From Gemmatimonadota bacterium (GTDB lineage Bacteria > Gemmatimonadota > Gemmatimonadetes > Longimicrobiales > Gaopeijiaceae): 64,000 nt of DNA. Shown piece by piece: positions 37,978 to 48,773 of this stretch (its first letter is position 1; each line of letters starts with the position of its first letter). The notes below the pieces were generated by a model, which was not told where the DNA came from, ran no database searches, and saw nothing but the letters and a program-made list of their open reading frames with translations. Where the stretch lies: NCBI GenBank assembly GCA_034521595.1, contig JAXHMG010000003.1, positions 2,176,001-2,240,000 on the forward strand. The letters run 5' to 3'. Both the position numbers and the translations under genes were made by a program.

Positions 37978-38783
37978 CAGAAGATCCTCCAGTCCGTCCA
38001 CACGCCCATGGAGCAAAGGCGGACGTAGACGTCGGAGAATCCGACCCAGAAGAGGCTTAGCCACGCGAACAGCATGTGCCGCCGGTTGAGGCAGCTGACG
38101 CACGCGTAGGACGTCTTACGCACCGGCTTACCCGCCAGACGCTTCAAGCCCCCGCCCACGAGGTGCCGGAGCGAGTGGCAACCCAGCGTGTAGCCGCCGA
38201 GCAGGACCACGTTCATCGCGAGCACCAGAGTGCCGACGCCGAGCCCGAGCACCTCCTGACCGGTGGCCGGATCGGTGAACCAGAGCGCCTTGTAGACGTC
38301 CCAGCTCAGGATGATGAGAAAGACGAGCGCGAGGTACAGGAAGTAGCGGTGGACGTTCTGGAGGATGAGCGGGAAGTGCCGCTCGCCCAGGTAGCTCTTC
38401 CGCGGCTCACCCACCGCGCAGTTCGGCGGATCGGCCCAGAACGCCTTGTAGTAGGCGCCGCGGTAGTAGTAGCACGTCAGCCGGAACCCGCCCGGCGCCC
38501 ACAGAATGAGGAACGCCGGCGAAAAAGGGAGCCAGCCGGGCCACCATCCCGGCCGCGGCCCGAGCCACGCGTGCCCCGAGTCGCCGAACAGCTCGGGAGA
38601 GTAGAAGGGGGAGAGATAGTTGCCGAACGTGTAGTGCTCGCCCTGGAAGGCCGCCCACGTCGAATAGACGATGAACGCGCCGAGCCCGAGGAACACCGCG
38701 GCGGGCTGGAGCCACCACGCATCCTTCCGCATCGTGCCGCCGAACGGCCGGCGGACCGGTAGTGCCGTCTCCGGAGATGCCAT
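37977..38783 (-). CDS. Succinate dehydrogenase membrane anchor, mycobacterial Sdh1 (Rv0249c)-type
   Basis: YLSPFYSP, FRLTCYYYRGAYY, QNVHRYF, LGCHSLRH; several TM helices; coupled to sdhA. Confidence 0.88.
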   Translation of the reverse strand: MASPETALPVRRPFGGTMRKDAWWLQPAAVFLGLGAFIVYSTWAAFQGEHYTFGNYLSPFYSPELFGDSGHAWLGPRPGWWPGWLPFSPAFLILWAPGGFRLTCYYYRGAYYKAFWADPPNCAVGEPRKSYLGERHFPLILQNVHRYFLYLALVFLIILSWDVYKALWFTDPATGQEVLGLGVGTLVLAMNVVLLGGYTLGCHSLRHLVGGGLKRLAGKPVRKTSYACVSCLNRRHMLFAWLSLFWVGFSDVYVRLCSMGVWTDWRIF

Positions 38784-39097
38784 CCCGTGATCCTTCCACG
38801 ACGCACGCGGCGCCGTGCTCGAGGGACGATCGCCGACGGCATGCGGCCCTGCCGCGTGCCGCGGCGTCGACCGGGGTGGACCTCCGACCCGTGGGCCGGA
38901 GCGCATGGCCACGGCCGCGCGGGGCGCAGATCCTCGACGGCCCCGATCGGTGGCGATTGTACGGGGCGCGTGTGGGGCGGCGCAAGAAGGACGGGGCTCT
39001 CAGTCCCTCCTCAGCATCGACATCGGATCCCGTCGCACGGCGCGCACCGCGCCGCGACGGGGTCGGGCATCTCCCCGCCAGCGAGCCGCGGCGCTCC

Positions 39098-40303
39098 TCA
39101 GCAGGACGCCTCCGAGCCGGACGCGCGGTCCACGCGGACACACCAGCCGAGCGGCGCCTCCGGCGACGACCTATCGGTGACCACGACGGCCGACAGACGG
39201 ATCGAGCGCGCGCCGACCTCGACCTTGAGATAGCCGATCTCGGAGGTGGCGAACAGCGTCCCCGGAGCGCGGGAGACCGGCGTGACCTTGCTCGCCGAGC
39301 CGCTCACGAGATGGTAGGCGGGTCCGCCCTCCCCACCCCGCAGCACCTGGAGGCTGTGCTCGTGTGCCGCCGCGAAGAGCCGTGGGGGTCGGCGGGCGGA
39401 GCGGAGCGCCTGTTGGATGCTCGCCCGCATGCGCTCGTTGCCGTCGCCCGCGAGGTCCTGGTCGGAGATCCCCCACACCCGGGCCATCACGTAGGCGGTT
39501 CCCAGGACCGGAAGCGGGACGAAGGCGCTCGACCACAGGTCACGGAGCGGAAAGAGATGCCGATCGGCGGGAATGTACCCGCCGTGCGGCCCATGCGTCC
39601 GGAGCGGATGATGGCCCAGGACGACCACCTCGCGCCCCTCCGCGCCGTCGATGGCCGTCGTGAGCGCGTCGGATATCTCCTTCGGCGCGCGCTCGGCGCA
39701 CCCTCGCGCGTGCTCGTGGATGAACCATTGCGTATCGAGGACCACGAGCCGGACCTCGGCCACGTCCACCACCGACGGCCCGGGGCAGCCGGCCTCCGGG
39801 AGCCAGGTGACCGGCGCGCCACGCCGGTCGGCGGCCTCCACCCAGGCGGCCTGCCGCTCGAGGGTGGACAGCCCATCCTCCGCGCCCCCGGCCCAGTCAT
39901 GGTTCCCGGCCATGAACAGAGCACGCGCGCCCGACCCGGCCACGGCCTCGAGCTGGAGCGCCAGCTTGGTCGTGTCCCGCCCGTGCTCGGGGTCTCCGGG
40001 AGCCCGCACGCCGTCCGGGTAGACGTTGTCGCCGAGGAAGGCCACGAGGGTCGGCCCCAAGCTCGCCGAGCGGCGCGCGTCCGCGCCGAGGTGCGCGAGG
40101 ATCGGGCTGTCCGAGGTCACGGCGCCACCGTCCCCGACGAGCAGCACGGTCGCCACCGGCGAGCCGCCGGGATCGACGGGGGCCAGTGGCGCGACGGGGG
40201 CTTCGTACCCGCTGCACGCCATCGCCGAGAGGGTCAGGACCAGGGCGAGGCGACGTGGTGCGACAGGGCTTCGCGCCAGGCCCGACGGGCTTCGTTCTGC
40301 CAT
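39098..40303 (-). CDS. Calcineurin-like metallophosphoesterase lipoprotein (start uncertain)
   Basis: VGDGG, LGDNVY, GNHDW, GHHP, AHEHSLQ; lipobox AMAC. Confidence 0.88.
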   Translation of the reverse strand: MAERSPSGLARSPVAPRRLALVLTLSAMACSGYEAPVAPLAPVDPGGSPVATVLLVGDGGAVTSDSPILAHLGADARRSASLGPTLVAFLGDNVYPDGVRAPGDPEHGRDTTKLALQLEAVAGSGARALFMAGNHDWAGGAEDGLSTLERQAAWVEAADRRGAPVTWLPEAGCPGPSVVDVAEVRLVVLDTQWFIHEHARGCAERAPKEISDALTTAIDGAEGREVVVLGHHPLRTHGPHGGYIPADRHLFPLRDLWSSAFVPLPVLGTAYVMARVWGISDQDLAGDGNERMRASIQQALRSARRPPRLFAAAHEHSLQVLRGGEGGPAYHLVSGSASKVTPVSRAPGTLFATSEIGYLKVEVGARSIRLSAVVVTDRSSPEAPLGWCVRVDRASGSEASC

Positions 40304-40371
40304 GACGGGTGGGGACAAGGGTCTCAGGGCCACGATGCATAACACCGGACGTCCCTCCGCGTTGCAAAACT

Positions 40372-40424
40372 CCCCTTGCAAGTCGATGGTTCCAACCCCA
40401 GACTTCCCTTCGAAGTCTATGGGA
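40372..40424. promoter_or_regulatory. Two related imperfect palindromes upstream of padR (candidate PadR operators)
   Basis: CCCCTTGCAAGTCGATGG (40372-40389) and TCCCTTCGAAGTCTATGGGA (40405-40424). Confidence 0.45.
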
Positions 40425-40460
40425 GCATCGGGTCGACGACGATCGAGACGGGAGGCGGGG

Positions 40461-40814
40461 ATGTTCGAAGACGATCGAGGGCTGCTCCAGGGAACGCTGG
40501 AGCTTCTGGTGTTGAAGGCGCTCAGCTTCGGGCCCGCGCACGGGTACGCCGTCGCGCGCTGGATCGAGGGCGCCACGGACGACTCGCTCCGGGTCGAAGA
40601 GGGCTCGCTCTACCCGGCCCTGCACCGGATGGCCGCCAAGGGATGGCTCGCATCGGAGTGGGGCACGTCCGAGAACAACCGGCGCGCCAAGTTCTACCGC
40701 CTCACCGAGGAAGGGCGGGCGCGCTTCGAGGCCCGCACCCGTAGCTGGAACGACATGGTCGAGGTCGTGCGCCGGGCGCTCTCGGCTCCGGCGACCCCGG
40801 GAGGTGCACGATGA
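40461..40814 (+). CDS. PadR family transcriptional regulator (acidobacterial type)
   Basis: LLQGTLELLVLKAL...HGYAVARWI...EEGSLYPALHRM...WGTSENNRRAKFY; GGAGG RBS. Confidence 0.93.
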   Translation: MFEDDRGLLQGTLELLVLKALSFGPAHGYAVARWIEGATDDSLRVEEGSLYPALHRMAAKGWLASEWGTSENNRRAKFYRLTEEGRARFEARTRSWNDMVEVVRRALSAPATPGGAR

Positions 40815-40983
40815 GCTCCCGCAACGAGGGACCCGGCGCGGTCAGCCACCGCCATGTAGTGCTTCGATGCAATCCACCTCACACTCGAGGCCTCACCACG
40901 AGCGTCGTAACGACGGCTCCACTTCTCCTGCCGATCACGTCCGCCCCATCTCCCCTCCTTCCAACCGCTACCGATCCGCTACA

Positions 40984-41325
40984 TCACATTTCCCGCACGA
41001 AGCGGTTCTGCCCGTCCACGAGCACGAGCTTCGGATCCACCGGCGCATCCCCGAGCTCGAAGCCCATGACGATGATCTCCTCACCCTTCTGGATGAGATG
41101 CGCGGCCGCGCCGTTCATCTCCATGGTGCCGGAGCCTCGCGGCGCTTCGATGATGTACGTCTCGAGACGCGCTCCGGACGTATTGCTCACCACGAGCACC
41201 TTTTCGCCGACCATGAAGCCCGCTCGTTCCACGAGGTCGAGGTCGATGGCGATGCTCCCGACATAGTCCACGCTCGCGCCGGTCACGACGGCCTGATGGA
41301 TCTTCGAGCGAAGGAAAAAACGCAT
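40984..41325 (-). CDS. panD: Aspartate 1-decarboxylase
   Basis: SKIHQAVVT, YVGSIAID (G-S cleavage site), RLETYII, NGAAAH. Confidence 0.95.
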   Translation of the reverse strand: MRFFLRSKIHQAVVTGASVDYVGSIAIDLDLVERAGFMVGEKVLVVSNTSGARLETYIIEAPRGSGTMEMNGAAAHLIQKGEEIIVMGFELGDAPVDPKLVLVDGQNRFVREM

Positions 41326-41370
41326 GAAACCGAAACCCCTACGATCTGGTCTGTGAGTGAATCGGGTCGA

Positions 41371-41772
41371 TCAGTCGTCGCTGGCCTGACCCAGGCTGAC
41401 GCGCCGGCCCATCCATCCCCCGAGGGTGGCGGCGACGAGCTGCACCAGCACCAGCCCGAGCACGATGTCGGCGGCATCGAACGTCTCGACCTCGCTGAAC
41501 AGCGTCACGAAGAACCACACGAGAACGCTGAAGAAGCTGATGGCCGCGGCGTGCAGGATGGGGGCGTCGGTCCAGCGAAGGCCGACGAACAGGCCGCCCA
41601 CGTAGAAGCCGCCCCCGATGGAGACGATGACCCAGAGCACGGGGTCCGACCCGGGCACGACGAGCCCGAGGCCCACGCCGCCGAGATAGAGCGCCGCCGT
41701 CACGGACACCGCGATCAGCCATCCCCCAACCACCCAACCCGGGTGCAGGTTCGTCAGATGTTCGGACTGCAT
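41371..41772 (-). CDS. Small 4-TM hypothetical membrane protein
   Basis: GAGGAG RBS; four hydrophobic segments. Confidence 0.75.
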   Translation of the reverse strand: MQSEHLTNLHPGWVVGGWLIAVSVTAALYLGGVGLGLVVPGSDPVLWVIVSIGGGFYVGGLFVGLRWTDAPILHAAAISFFSVLVWFFVTLFSEVETFDAADIVLGLVLVQLVAATLGGWMGRRVSLGQASDD

Positions 41773-41802
41773 GTCATGTCTCCTCGTGGATCGCTGGTCG
41801 CT

Positions 41803-42441
41803 TCAAAGCTCGAGCTCGAACTGGGATCCCCCGAACGTGAGCCTGTGGTGAGGCGTGGGTCCGAGCGACCGGATGGCATCCCGGTGGGCCTGCGTGCCGT
41901 ACCCGACGTTCGTGTCCCACGCGTACCCTGGATACCGGCGGGAGAGCCGCTTCATCAAGCGGTCACGCACGACCTTCGCCACGATCGACGCACATCCGAT
42001 CGAGTGGACGAGAGCGTCCCCATCCACGACGGCCTCGTGCTCTCGACCGAGGTTCCGAACGGGCAACCCGTCGACGACCACGTGGTCGGGCACGACCGTC
42101 AGACGATCCAGCGCCCGCCGCATCGCGACCGTGGTGGCCTGCAGGATGTTGTTCGTGTCGATCTCGCGCACCGAAGCGGCCCCGATGCCCACACAGCGGG
42201 CCGAGAACAGGATCATGTCGAAAAGCGCCTCCCGACGGTCCGGGGAAAGCCGCTTGGAGTCGTCGGCCCCGTCCACGGACATCCCCTCGGGAAGCACGAC
42301 CGCCGCCGCGACCACGGGTCCGGCCAGCGGACCCCGGCCGACCTCGTCGACGCCGGCCACCGAACGACCACGACCCCAGAACCATCGCTCGTATGCAAGC
42401 GGGTCCTGGGGTCGCGAGGTATCGGACGGCTCCGGCGGCAC
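41803..42441 (-). CDS. rnhB: Ribonuclease HII
   Basis: [34 protein letters not shown]. Confidence 0.96.
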   Translation of the reverse strand: MPPEPSDTSRPQDPLAYERWFWGRGRSVAGVDEVGRGPLAGPVVAAAVVLPEGMSVDGADDSKRLSPDRREALFDMILFSARCVGIGAASVREIDTNNILQATTVAMRRALDRLTVVPDHVVVDGLPVRNLGREHEAVVDGDALVHSIGCASIVAKVVRDRLMKRLSRRYPGYAWDTNVGYGTQAHRDAIRSLGPTPHHRLTFGGSQFELEL

Positions 42442-42453
42442 GGCCGGGCTCCG

Positions 42454-42807
42454 TCAGCGAGCTGTGCGCTTCTCCGCGATCCGGGCCGCCTTGCCGCGGC
42501 GCCCGCGGAGGTAGTAGAGCTTCGCCCGCCGGACGTCGCCCCGGCGCAGGACTTCCACGCCGCTGACCGTCGGTGCGTGTAGAGGGAATACCCGCTCCAC
42601 GCCGATGCCGCTCGAGATCTTCCGCACGGTGAACGTCTCGTTGAGACCACCACCTCGACGTGCGATGCAAATACCGTCAAAGGCCTGGATGCGCTCCTTG
42701 GCGCCCTCACGGACGAGGTAGAGCACCCTGATGGTGTCTCCGGGTGCGAACTCGGGGATATCGTCCCGGAGTTCCTCTTTCTCGATGTCTTGTATTACGT
42801 CCGCCAT
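42454..42807 (-). CDS. rplS: 50S ribosomal protein L19
   Basis: [45 protein letters not shown]. Confidence 0.97.
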   Translation of the reverse strand: MADVIQDIEKEELRDDIPEFAPGDTIRVLYLVREGAKERIQAFDGICIARRGGGLNETFTVRKISSGIGVERVFPLHAPTVSGVEVLRRGDVRRAKLYYLRGRRGKAARIAEKRTAR

Positions 42808-42901
42808 GACAGGCTCCCACGACGCGGTCCGGGCCGTTTTCTGAACAGACGCGTAAGCTAATCGACGGAGACGGCCCGGTGAAGGGCTTACCGTCGGGGG
42901 T

Positions 42902-43654
42902 TTACCCGCGGGGGTCGGTTCCCTCCGGACCGACTGCAACGAGATCCGGGTCACCGGGCCACGCTCCACCGTCCCGGCGGGCCCGTTCGAGCTCCGGTGT
43001 GGCGCGCACCGAGAAGCCGTGCTCCCGAAGAAGCGCGACGCACGCACGGTCGGAGCGCCGCGAGTGAATCGCGACCACGAAGCGCGCCGTCGGGGGAGCG
43101 AGATCGAGCAGGCCCTCGAGGACATCGGCCTCCGTGCCCTCCACGTCGATCTTCACGACATCGGGAGGAGCGACCGTTCCGGCCTCGATGAGGGACCGTC
43201 CCGTTCGCACGGTGACGCGCTCGCTTCCGCCACCGAGGGCGTGCATCTTCGAGGTGTCGCCACCACCGAAATCGGCCTCTCCCTCGAAGGCGCCCAGGGC
43301 CAGGGGCCGGACGGTCGCGTTGGCGACCCGGTTCCAGCGCAGGTGGCGGCGAAGCAGACGCATGTTTCGGAGACCCGGCTCGAACGCTTCGACATGTCCT
43401 TCGGGTCCCACACGCGCGGCGGCCATCAGGGTCACGTAGCCGTGATGCGCGCCCACGTCCCAGAACACCTCCCCCCGACCGGTCAGATCGTGGAGGAGCG
43501 CCATCTGAGGGCCGGCGCGCCGGCCGGTCGCGTAGCCGCTGCCCGCGCTCGCCAGGTTCCAGAAGCGTCCCCGGTTGAGGCCCCCGACGACCGGCACGGG
43601 GATGCGCTCGGTCACGGGATCGATCAGTCGTCGAACGAGTCGTGGGAGGCGCAT
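42902..43654 (-). CDS. FkbM family methyltransferase
   Basis: [22 protein letters not shown]. Confidence 0.9.
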   Translation of the reverse strand: MRLPRLVRRLIDPVTERIPVPVVGGLNRGRFWNLASAGSGYATGRRAGPQMALLHDLTGRGEVFWDVGAHHGYVTLMAAARVGPEGHVEAFEPGLRNMRLLRRHLRWNRVANATVRPLALGAFEGEADFGGGDTSKMHALGGGSERVTVRTGRSLIEAGTVAPPDVVKIDVEGTEADVLEGLLDLAPPTARFVVAIHSRRSDRACVALLREHGFSVRATPELERARRDGGAWPGDPDLVAVGPEGTDPRG

Positions 43655-43815
43655 TGATGGGCTCGGTGAGTCATGAAGGCGGCGAACGGCCCGGACAGTG
43701 TCGGTGCCGGCCGCATGGAGCAAGCCGACGCACGTGCCGTGGCGTGTCGTGCCCCTCAGGTCCAACTTGTCTTCTCTCGTAGAAACCGTACCGCAGGAGC
43801 CTCCCCGTGCCACCT

Positions 43816-44907
43816 ATGCCCCGTTCCCCGCACGACAGACGCCCGAGCCTTTTCCTTTCCCTGGCCGCCGTGACGATCACCCTCGCGGCAGGCTGCGGGG
43901 GAGAGTCCGCCGACCCGTCCGTGTCCGCGGGCGACAGCGGGGCGACGGCGACACGCGCCGATCGGCTGGAACGGCTATTGGGCGTACTCGCGGCCGATTC
44001 GATGGAGGGCCGGCGCGCCGGCACCGAGGGCATCCGCCAGGCTGCCGACTTTCTCGCGACCGAGCTCGAGCGATACGGGGTCGAGCCCGTCGGGGAAGAC
44101 GGGTACTTCCAGCCCGTGTCGCTGGCGCGCGTCGGTGGCGAGGGAGGCCGGCTGGCGTTGCCTTCCGCGGAGCTGGACTTCGACACGCTTCCACAGGAGT
44201 GGATCCTCGACGACGAGGTCAACGTCGTGGGCCTCGTTCCGGGAGCGGACCCGGAGGTGGCGGACGAGGTCGTCGTCGTCGGAGCGCACTACGATCACCT
44301 GGGAATCGGGCCTCCGGTCGACGGGGACTCGATCTACAACGGCGCGGACGACGACGGCACCGGAACGGTCGCCGTGCTCGAGATCGCCCGGGATCTGGCG
44401 GAAGGCCCGGCGCCACGCCGGACCGTGCTCGTCCTGTTGAGCACCGCCGAGGAACAGGGCCTGCTCGGTACGCGCTGGTACATCGAGCATCCCCTCATTC
44501 CACTCGAGCAGACGGTCGCGGACTTCCAGATCGAGATGATCGGGAGACCCGATTCCCTGGCCGGGGGACCCGGACGAGGATGGCTCACGGGATACGAGCG
44601 GACCACCATGGGAGACCAGCTCTCGGCGGCCGGCTCACCCATCGTCGCGGACCCACGGCCCGAGATGCGCTTCTTCTTCCGCAGCGACAACCTGCCGTTC
44701 GCCGAGGAAGGCATCCCCGCCCACACGCTGTCGTCGTACAATCTGCACACCGACTACCACACGCCGTCGGACGAGGTGGACCGGATCGACTTCGAGCACA
44801 TGGCCACGCTCGTGGAGGCGGCCATCGAGGCGGTGCGGCTCCTGGCCGACGGGCCCCGGCCGGAATGGGAGGAAGGCGGCCGGGAGGGGCTGAGGGAACG
44901 CCCGTAG
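43816..44907 (+). CDS. M28 family peptidase, lipoprotein
   Basis: Lipobox AAGC; GAHYDH, NGADDDGTG, AEEQGLLG, RSDN, DYHTPSD. Confidence 0.93.
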   Translation: MPRSPHDRRPSLFLSLAAVTITLAAGCGGESADPSVSAGDSGATATRADRLERLLGVLAADSMEGRRAGTEGIRQAADFLATELERYGVEPVGEDGYFQPVSLARVGGEGGRLALPSAELDFDTLPQEWILDDEVNVVGLVPGADPEVADEVVVVGAHYDHLGIGPPVDGDSIYNGADDDGTGTVAVLEIARDLAEGPAPRRTVLVLLSTAEEQGLLGTRWYIEHPLIPLEQTVADFQIEMIGRPDSLAGGPGRGWLTGYERTTMGDQLSAAGSPIVADPRPEMRFFFRSDNLPFAEEGIPAHTLSSYNLHTDYHTPSDEVDRIDFEHMATLVEAAIEAVRLLADGPRPEWEEGGREGLRERP

Positions 44908-44925
44908 GAACCCGCTAGGCCCCGC

Positions 44926-45606
44926 TCACGTGCGCGAGTCGTCCAACAGGTCCGGGCGTCGCTTCCGGGTCAGTCGCTCCGACTCGGAGCGACGCCACGC
45001 CGCGATCCGCCGGTGATCACCCGAGCGGAGCACCTCGGGCACCGCGTGTCCCCTGTATTCGGCCGGCCGGGTGTAGGACGGCGCGCTCAGCCGGCCGCCG
45101 TCGTAGAACGAATCGGTCGCGGCGGCATCGTGGTCTCCCATCGCGCCGGGCAGGAGACGCACGACCGCGTCCGTGATCGCCAACGCTCCGATCTCGCCAC
45201 CGGACACGACGAAGTCGCCCAAAGAGATCTCATCGCTCGCCAGGCGGTCGGCCACGCGCTGGTCGACGTCCTTGTAGTGCCCGCAGAGCAGCGTGAGCTC
45301 GGACGCGACGCTGAAGCGCACCGCATCCTCGTGCCGGAACGGACGCCCCCGGGCGGAAAGGAGCACGACGGGCCCGCGGGGATCGAGCTCGTCCACCGCT
45401 TCGAAGAACGGCTCCGGCTTCATGACCATGCCGGCACCGCCCCCGTAGGGCACGTCGTCCACGGTACGATGGGCATCGTGCGTGAAGTCCCGCAGGTCCA
45501 CCACGCGGTACTCGACGAGCCCGGCATCGGCCGCCCGCTTCGGGATCGACAGGCCGAGTGGCCCGTCGAAGAAGGTAGGGAAGATGCTGACGATGTTGAT
45601 GCGCAT
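44926..45606 (-). CDS. trmD: tRNA (guanine37-N1)-methyltransferase
   Basis: VDDVPYGGGAGMVMKPEP, CGHYKDVDQR, SLGDFVVSGGE, YTRP. Confidence 0.97.
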   Translation of the reverse strand: MRINIVSIFPTFFDGPLGLSIPKRAADAGLVEYRVVDLRDFTHDAHRTVDDVPYGGGAGMVMKPEPFFEAVDELDPRGPVVLLSARGRPFRHEDAVRFSVASELTLLCGHYKDVDQRVADRLASDEISLGDFVVSGGEIGALAITDAVVRLLPGAMGDHDAAATDSFYDGGRLSAPSYTRPAEYRGHAVPEVLRSGDHRRIAAWRRSESERLTRKRRPDLLDDSRT

Positions 45607-45615
45607 CGAAGCTCG

Positions 45616-46167
45616 TTACAGCTCGAGGAGTCCATCCGGAGGATCGATGACGATTCGCCCTTCCCCCGTGTCGACCTCCCGGACGATCTCGTCCAGGAAT
45701 GGAATCATGTACTCCTTGTCCTCGCCGCGAACCTCGAGGAGCTCGGCCGGGCGGAGATCGTGGACGTGGGTGACCGTGCCGACGCGCATCCCCTCGACCG
45801 TGAACACCTCCATCCCGACGATCTGGTACTCGAACCACTCGTCATCCGCGAGCGGCTCGAGCTCGGAGACATCCCGATACGCGTACGTCGGGCAGAGCAA
45901 CTCGGCCTGGGTGCGGTCCTCGACCCCGTGGAACGTGGCGAGGTATCCGTCGCGAAACGGCCTGACCGCCTGGATTCTGAGGGGCGGGAGGTCGGGATCC
46001 GGCGCTTCGGCTTCGACGTGCCCCAACAAGACGACCACCCCGGGAACATACGTCCCTTCGGGGTGGTCGGTGAGCGGCCGCACGAAGAGCTCGCCCTTCG
46101 TGCCGTGCGCTTTGGCCAAGTACCCGACCGCCAGGTGGCGGGGATGGCTGTGCTCGCCCGGCGGCAT
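45616..46167 (-). CDS. rimM: Ribosome maturation factor RimM
   Basis: VGYLAKAHGTKGE, MIPFLDEIVREVD, PPDGLL; lies between rpsP and trmD. Confidence 0.93.
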   Translation of the reverse strand: MPPGEHSHPRHLAVGYLAKAHGTKGELFVRPLTDHPEGTYVPGVVVLLGHVEAEAPDPDLPPLRIQAVRPFRDGYLATFHGVEDRTQAELLCPTYAYRDVSELEPLADDEWFEYQIVGMEVFTVEGMRVGTVTHVHDLRPAELLEVRGEDKEYMIPFLDEIVREVDTGEGRIVIDPPDGLLEL

Positions 46168-46179
46168 GGCGAACCGAAG

Positions 46180-46722
46180 CTATTCGGTCTTGGACTCTTC
46201 CGCGTCGTCGGCCGGCGTGTCAGCCTCCTCCGGGGCGGGCGCGGCCTCTTCGGCCACGGACTCCGCGGCAGCGGCCTCACCCTTGGCGGCTTCCTCGGAC
46301 TCCGCTTCGGCTTCGGCAGCCTCCGCGGCGGCCTTCTCAGCGGCCTCGGCGGCGGCTTTCTCTTCCGCGGCCTTCTCGGCAGCCGCCTTCTCCTCGGCGG
46401 CGCGCTTGGCGGCCAACTCCTCGGCCCGCTTGGCTTGCGCTTCCTCGGGGTCTTCGACACCGAACGCGACCGTGCCGTCCCCCCCGGCGCGTGCCTTGTC
46501 GATCAGGTTGCGCACCGTGGCCGACGGATCGGCACCCTCGGCGAGCCAGTGGTCGACGCGCTCGAGGTCGAGCACGAGGCGCGCGGGATCGGAGAGCGGC
46601 TTGTAGTAGCCCAGGTTCTCGACGAACCGGCCGTCACGTGGGGAATGGCTGTCCGCCACGACGACGCGGTAATGGGGCTGCTTCTTCCGGCCCATCCGCC
46701 GGAGTCGGATACGTACGGGCAT
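46180..46722 (-). CDS. rpsP: 30S ribosomal protein S16 with Ala/Glu-rich C-terminal extension
   Basis: [38 protein letters not shown]. Confidence 0.97.
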   Translation of the reverse strand: MPVRIRLRRMGRKKQPHYRVVVADSHSPRDGRFVENLGYYKPLSDPARLVLDLERVDHWLAEGADPSATVRNLIDKARAGGDGTVAFGVEDPEEAQAKRAEELAAKRAAEEKAAAEKAAEEKAAAEAAEKAAAEAAEAEAESEEAAKGEAAAAESVAEEAAPAPEEADTPADDAEESKTE

Positions 46723-46940
46723 CTTCTCAAGAGTTCTTGGCGTGAACACACAGCTCCGCCGTGCGCGGAGCGGCCCCGTCCCGGAAGTCCGTTACGGAGG
46801 CAGACGCGTAGAATAAAAGAGACGGTCGTGTGTGTACAGCGTGCGGGACCGCACCACCGGCACTTTACCCGAAGCCCCGGGATCCGCTTCTTCCAACGGA
46901 CCCCGTCAGCCGAACAGCCGATGACCCCACTCCGCCGAAC

Positions 46941-48674
46941 ATGACCGGAATCGAAGACCTGATCTTCCTGGCCGGGATCCTGCTGCTCACGGCGATCCTG
47001 TCGAGCACGCTGTCGATCCGCGCCGGTGTTCCGGTGCTGATCATCTTCCTCGGCATAGGGATGCTCTTCGGTGAGGACGGTCCCTTCGGCCTGGTCTTCG
47101 ACGACTTCGCGCTCGCGCACGCCGTCGGCACCGTGGCGCTGCTCCTCATCCTCTTCGACGGCGGGCTCCGGACGCCGTTCTCCTCGGTGGGCTTGGCCTG
47201 GCGACCCGCGGTGGCCCTCTCGACGCTGGGCGTCGCGCTAACCGCCGGAATCACGGGCTTGATCGCGGCCTGGATCCTCGACCAGCCCCTCGTCATCGGG
47301 ATGTTGCTCGGCAGCATCGTGGGCTCGACCGACGCGGCGGCGGTCTTCGCGATCCTCCGCGGACAGGGCCTGCACCTGCGCGATCGGATCGCGGCCACGC
47401 TAGAAGTCGAATCCGGCTCCAACGACCCGATGGCCGTCCTCCTGACGGTCGGACTCGTCGCAGTGCTCACCGGAGGCATGGAGCTCGGCTGGCCGGTGGT
47501 CGCGTTCTTTCTCGAGCAGGCCGTGATCGGGGCGGCGGGCGGACTGCTCGTCGGTGCGCTCGGATCCATCCTCGTGAACCGTGTGCGATTGACCGCGGCC
47601 GGGCTCTATCCGGTCCTCACCGTCGGCATCGCTCTTCTCGCATACGGCTTGCCCGCCTACCTGGGCGGGAGCGGCTTCCTCGCCGTGTACCTGGCGGGCA
47701 TCGTCATGGGCAACGCCCGTCTCGTCTTCAAGCGGGGCATCCTCCAGGCACACGATGGGGGGGCCTGGATGGCTCAGATCGCCATGTTCGTCACGCTCGG
47801 CCTCCTGGCCACCCCCTCACGGCTCCTCGACGTGGCACTCGAGGGAACGCTGGTGGCGGCGGCCCTCATCGTCGTCGCCCGACCCGCCGCCGTGTTCCTC
47901 ACGCTCGTTCCCTTCCGTTTCGCTCTCCGGGAGATGGCGTTCCTCTCGTGGGCGGGGCTCAAGGGAGCGATCCCCATCATCCTGGCGATCTATCCACTCC
48001 TGGCCGGCGTGCCCGAAGGCCGCCTCATCTTCGACGTGGTCTTCTTCGCGGTGCTCCTCTCCGCACTGGTCCACGGCTGGACCCTGCCGCCCGTCGCCCA
48101 GTGGCTCGGAGTGCGCGAAGAGCACCCTCCGGCCCCACCCATATCCCTGGAGATCACCTCGCTGCGGGACGTCGATGGTGACATCGTCGACTATCTCGTC
48201 GAGCCCGACAGTCTCGCAGCCGACCGGTTCGTACGTGAGCTCGCCCTGCCCGAGAGCGCCGTCATCGCGATGATCGTGCGGGACGCGGAGATCATCGCGC
48301 CGCGGGGAAGCACCTCCATCCGGCCTGGAGACCACGTGTTCGTCGTCCTCAAGCCGGGGGTTCGCTCCGTGGTGGATCGGGCGTTCGCCCCGAGTCCCAG
48401 GCCCGTCGCAGAGCGAGCGGTGGAGCTCGCGTTCCCCCTGGATGCGACGGCTACGGTTGCCGAAGTGGAGGAATTCTACGGAGTTCACCTCGATCCGAAC
48501 CCCGACCGCCGCCTCGGTGACCTCCTCTCGGAGCGGCTCGGGGACCGGTTGGCGGAAGGTGCCGAGATCGAAGCCGGCGAGGTCCGTTTGGCCGTACGCA
48601 CCCTCGTGGACGGCGTCGTCACCGAGGTGGACATCGAAGTGCTGCGCGAGCGGGACGAGCAACCGCCGCCGTGA
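46941..48674 (+). CDS. cvrA: Potassium/proton antiporter (CvrA/NhaP2) with TrkA-C and CorC-like domains
   Basis: ILFDGGL, GSTDAAAVF, LEVESGSNDPMA, WAGLKGAIPIILA. Confidence 0.92.
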   Translation: MTGIEDLIFLAGILLLTAILSSTLSIRAGVPVLIIFLGIGMLFGEDGPFGLVFDDFALAHAVGTVALLLILFDGGLRTPFSSVGLAWRPAVALSTLGVALTAGITGLIAAWILDQPLVIGMLLGSIVGSTDAAAVFAILRGQGLHLRDRIAATLEVESGSNDPMAVLLTVGLVAVLTGGMELGWPVVAFFLEQAVIGAAGGLLVGALGSILVNRVRLTAAGLYPVLTVGIALLAYGLPAYLGGSGFLAVYLAGIVMGNARLVFKRGILQAHDGGAWMAQIAMFVTLGLLATPSRLLDVALEGTLVAAALIVVARPAAVFLTLVPFRFALREMAFLSWAGLKGAIPIILAIYPLLAGVPEGRLIFDVVFFAVLLSALVHGWTLPPVAQWLGVREEHPPAPPISLEITSLRDVDGDIVDYLVEPDSLAADRFVRELALPESAVIAMIVRDAEIIAPRGSTSIRPGDHVFVVLKPGVRSVVDRAFAPSPRPVAERAVELAFPLDATATVAEVEEFYGVHLDPNPDRRLGDLLSERLGDRLAEGAEIEAGEVRLAVRTLVDGVVTEVDIEVLRERDEQPPP

Positions 48675-48773
48675 CCACCATCGACGCACGCTTGACCTGC
48701 TCCACCATCGGCACGAAGGTCGCATGCGACGCGGGCCGCGACCCGCCACTCTCGCTCCCGCCGGAAACGCCTC

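Noticed and set aside
46180-46460. Ala/Glu/Lys repeat tract in rpsP
   Set aside because: Low-complexity C-terminal extensions of S16 are common; not a separate element
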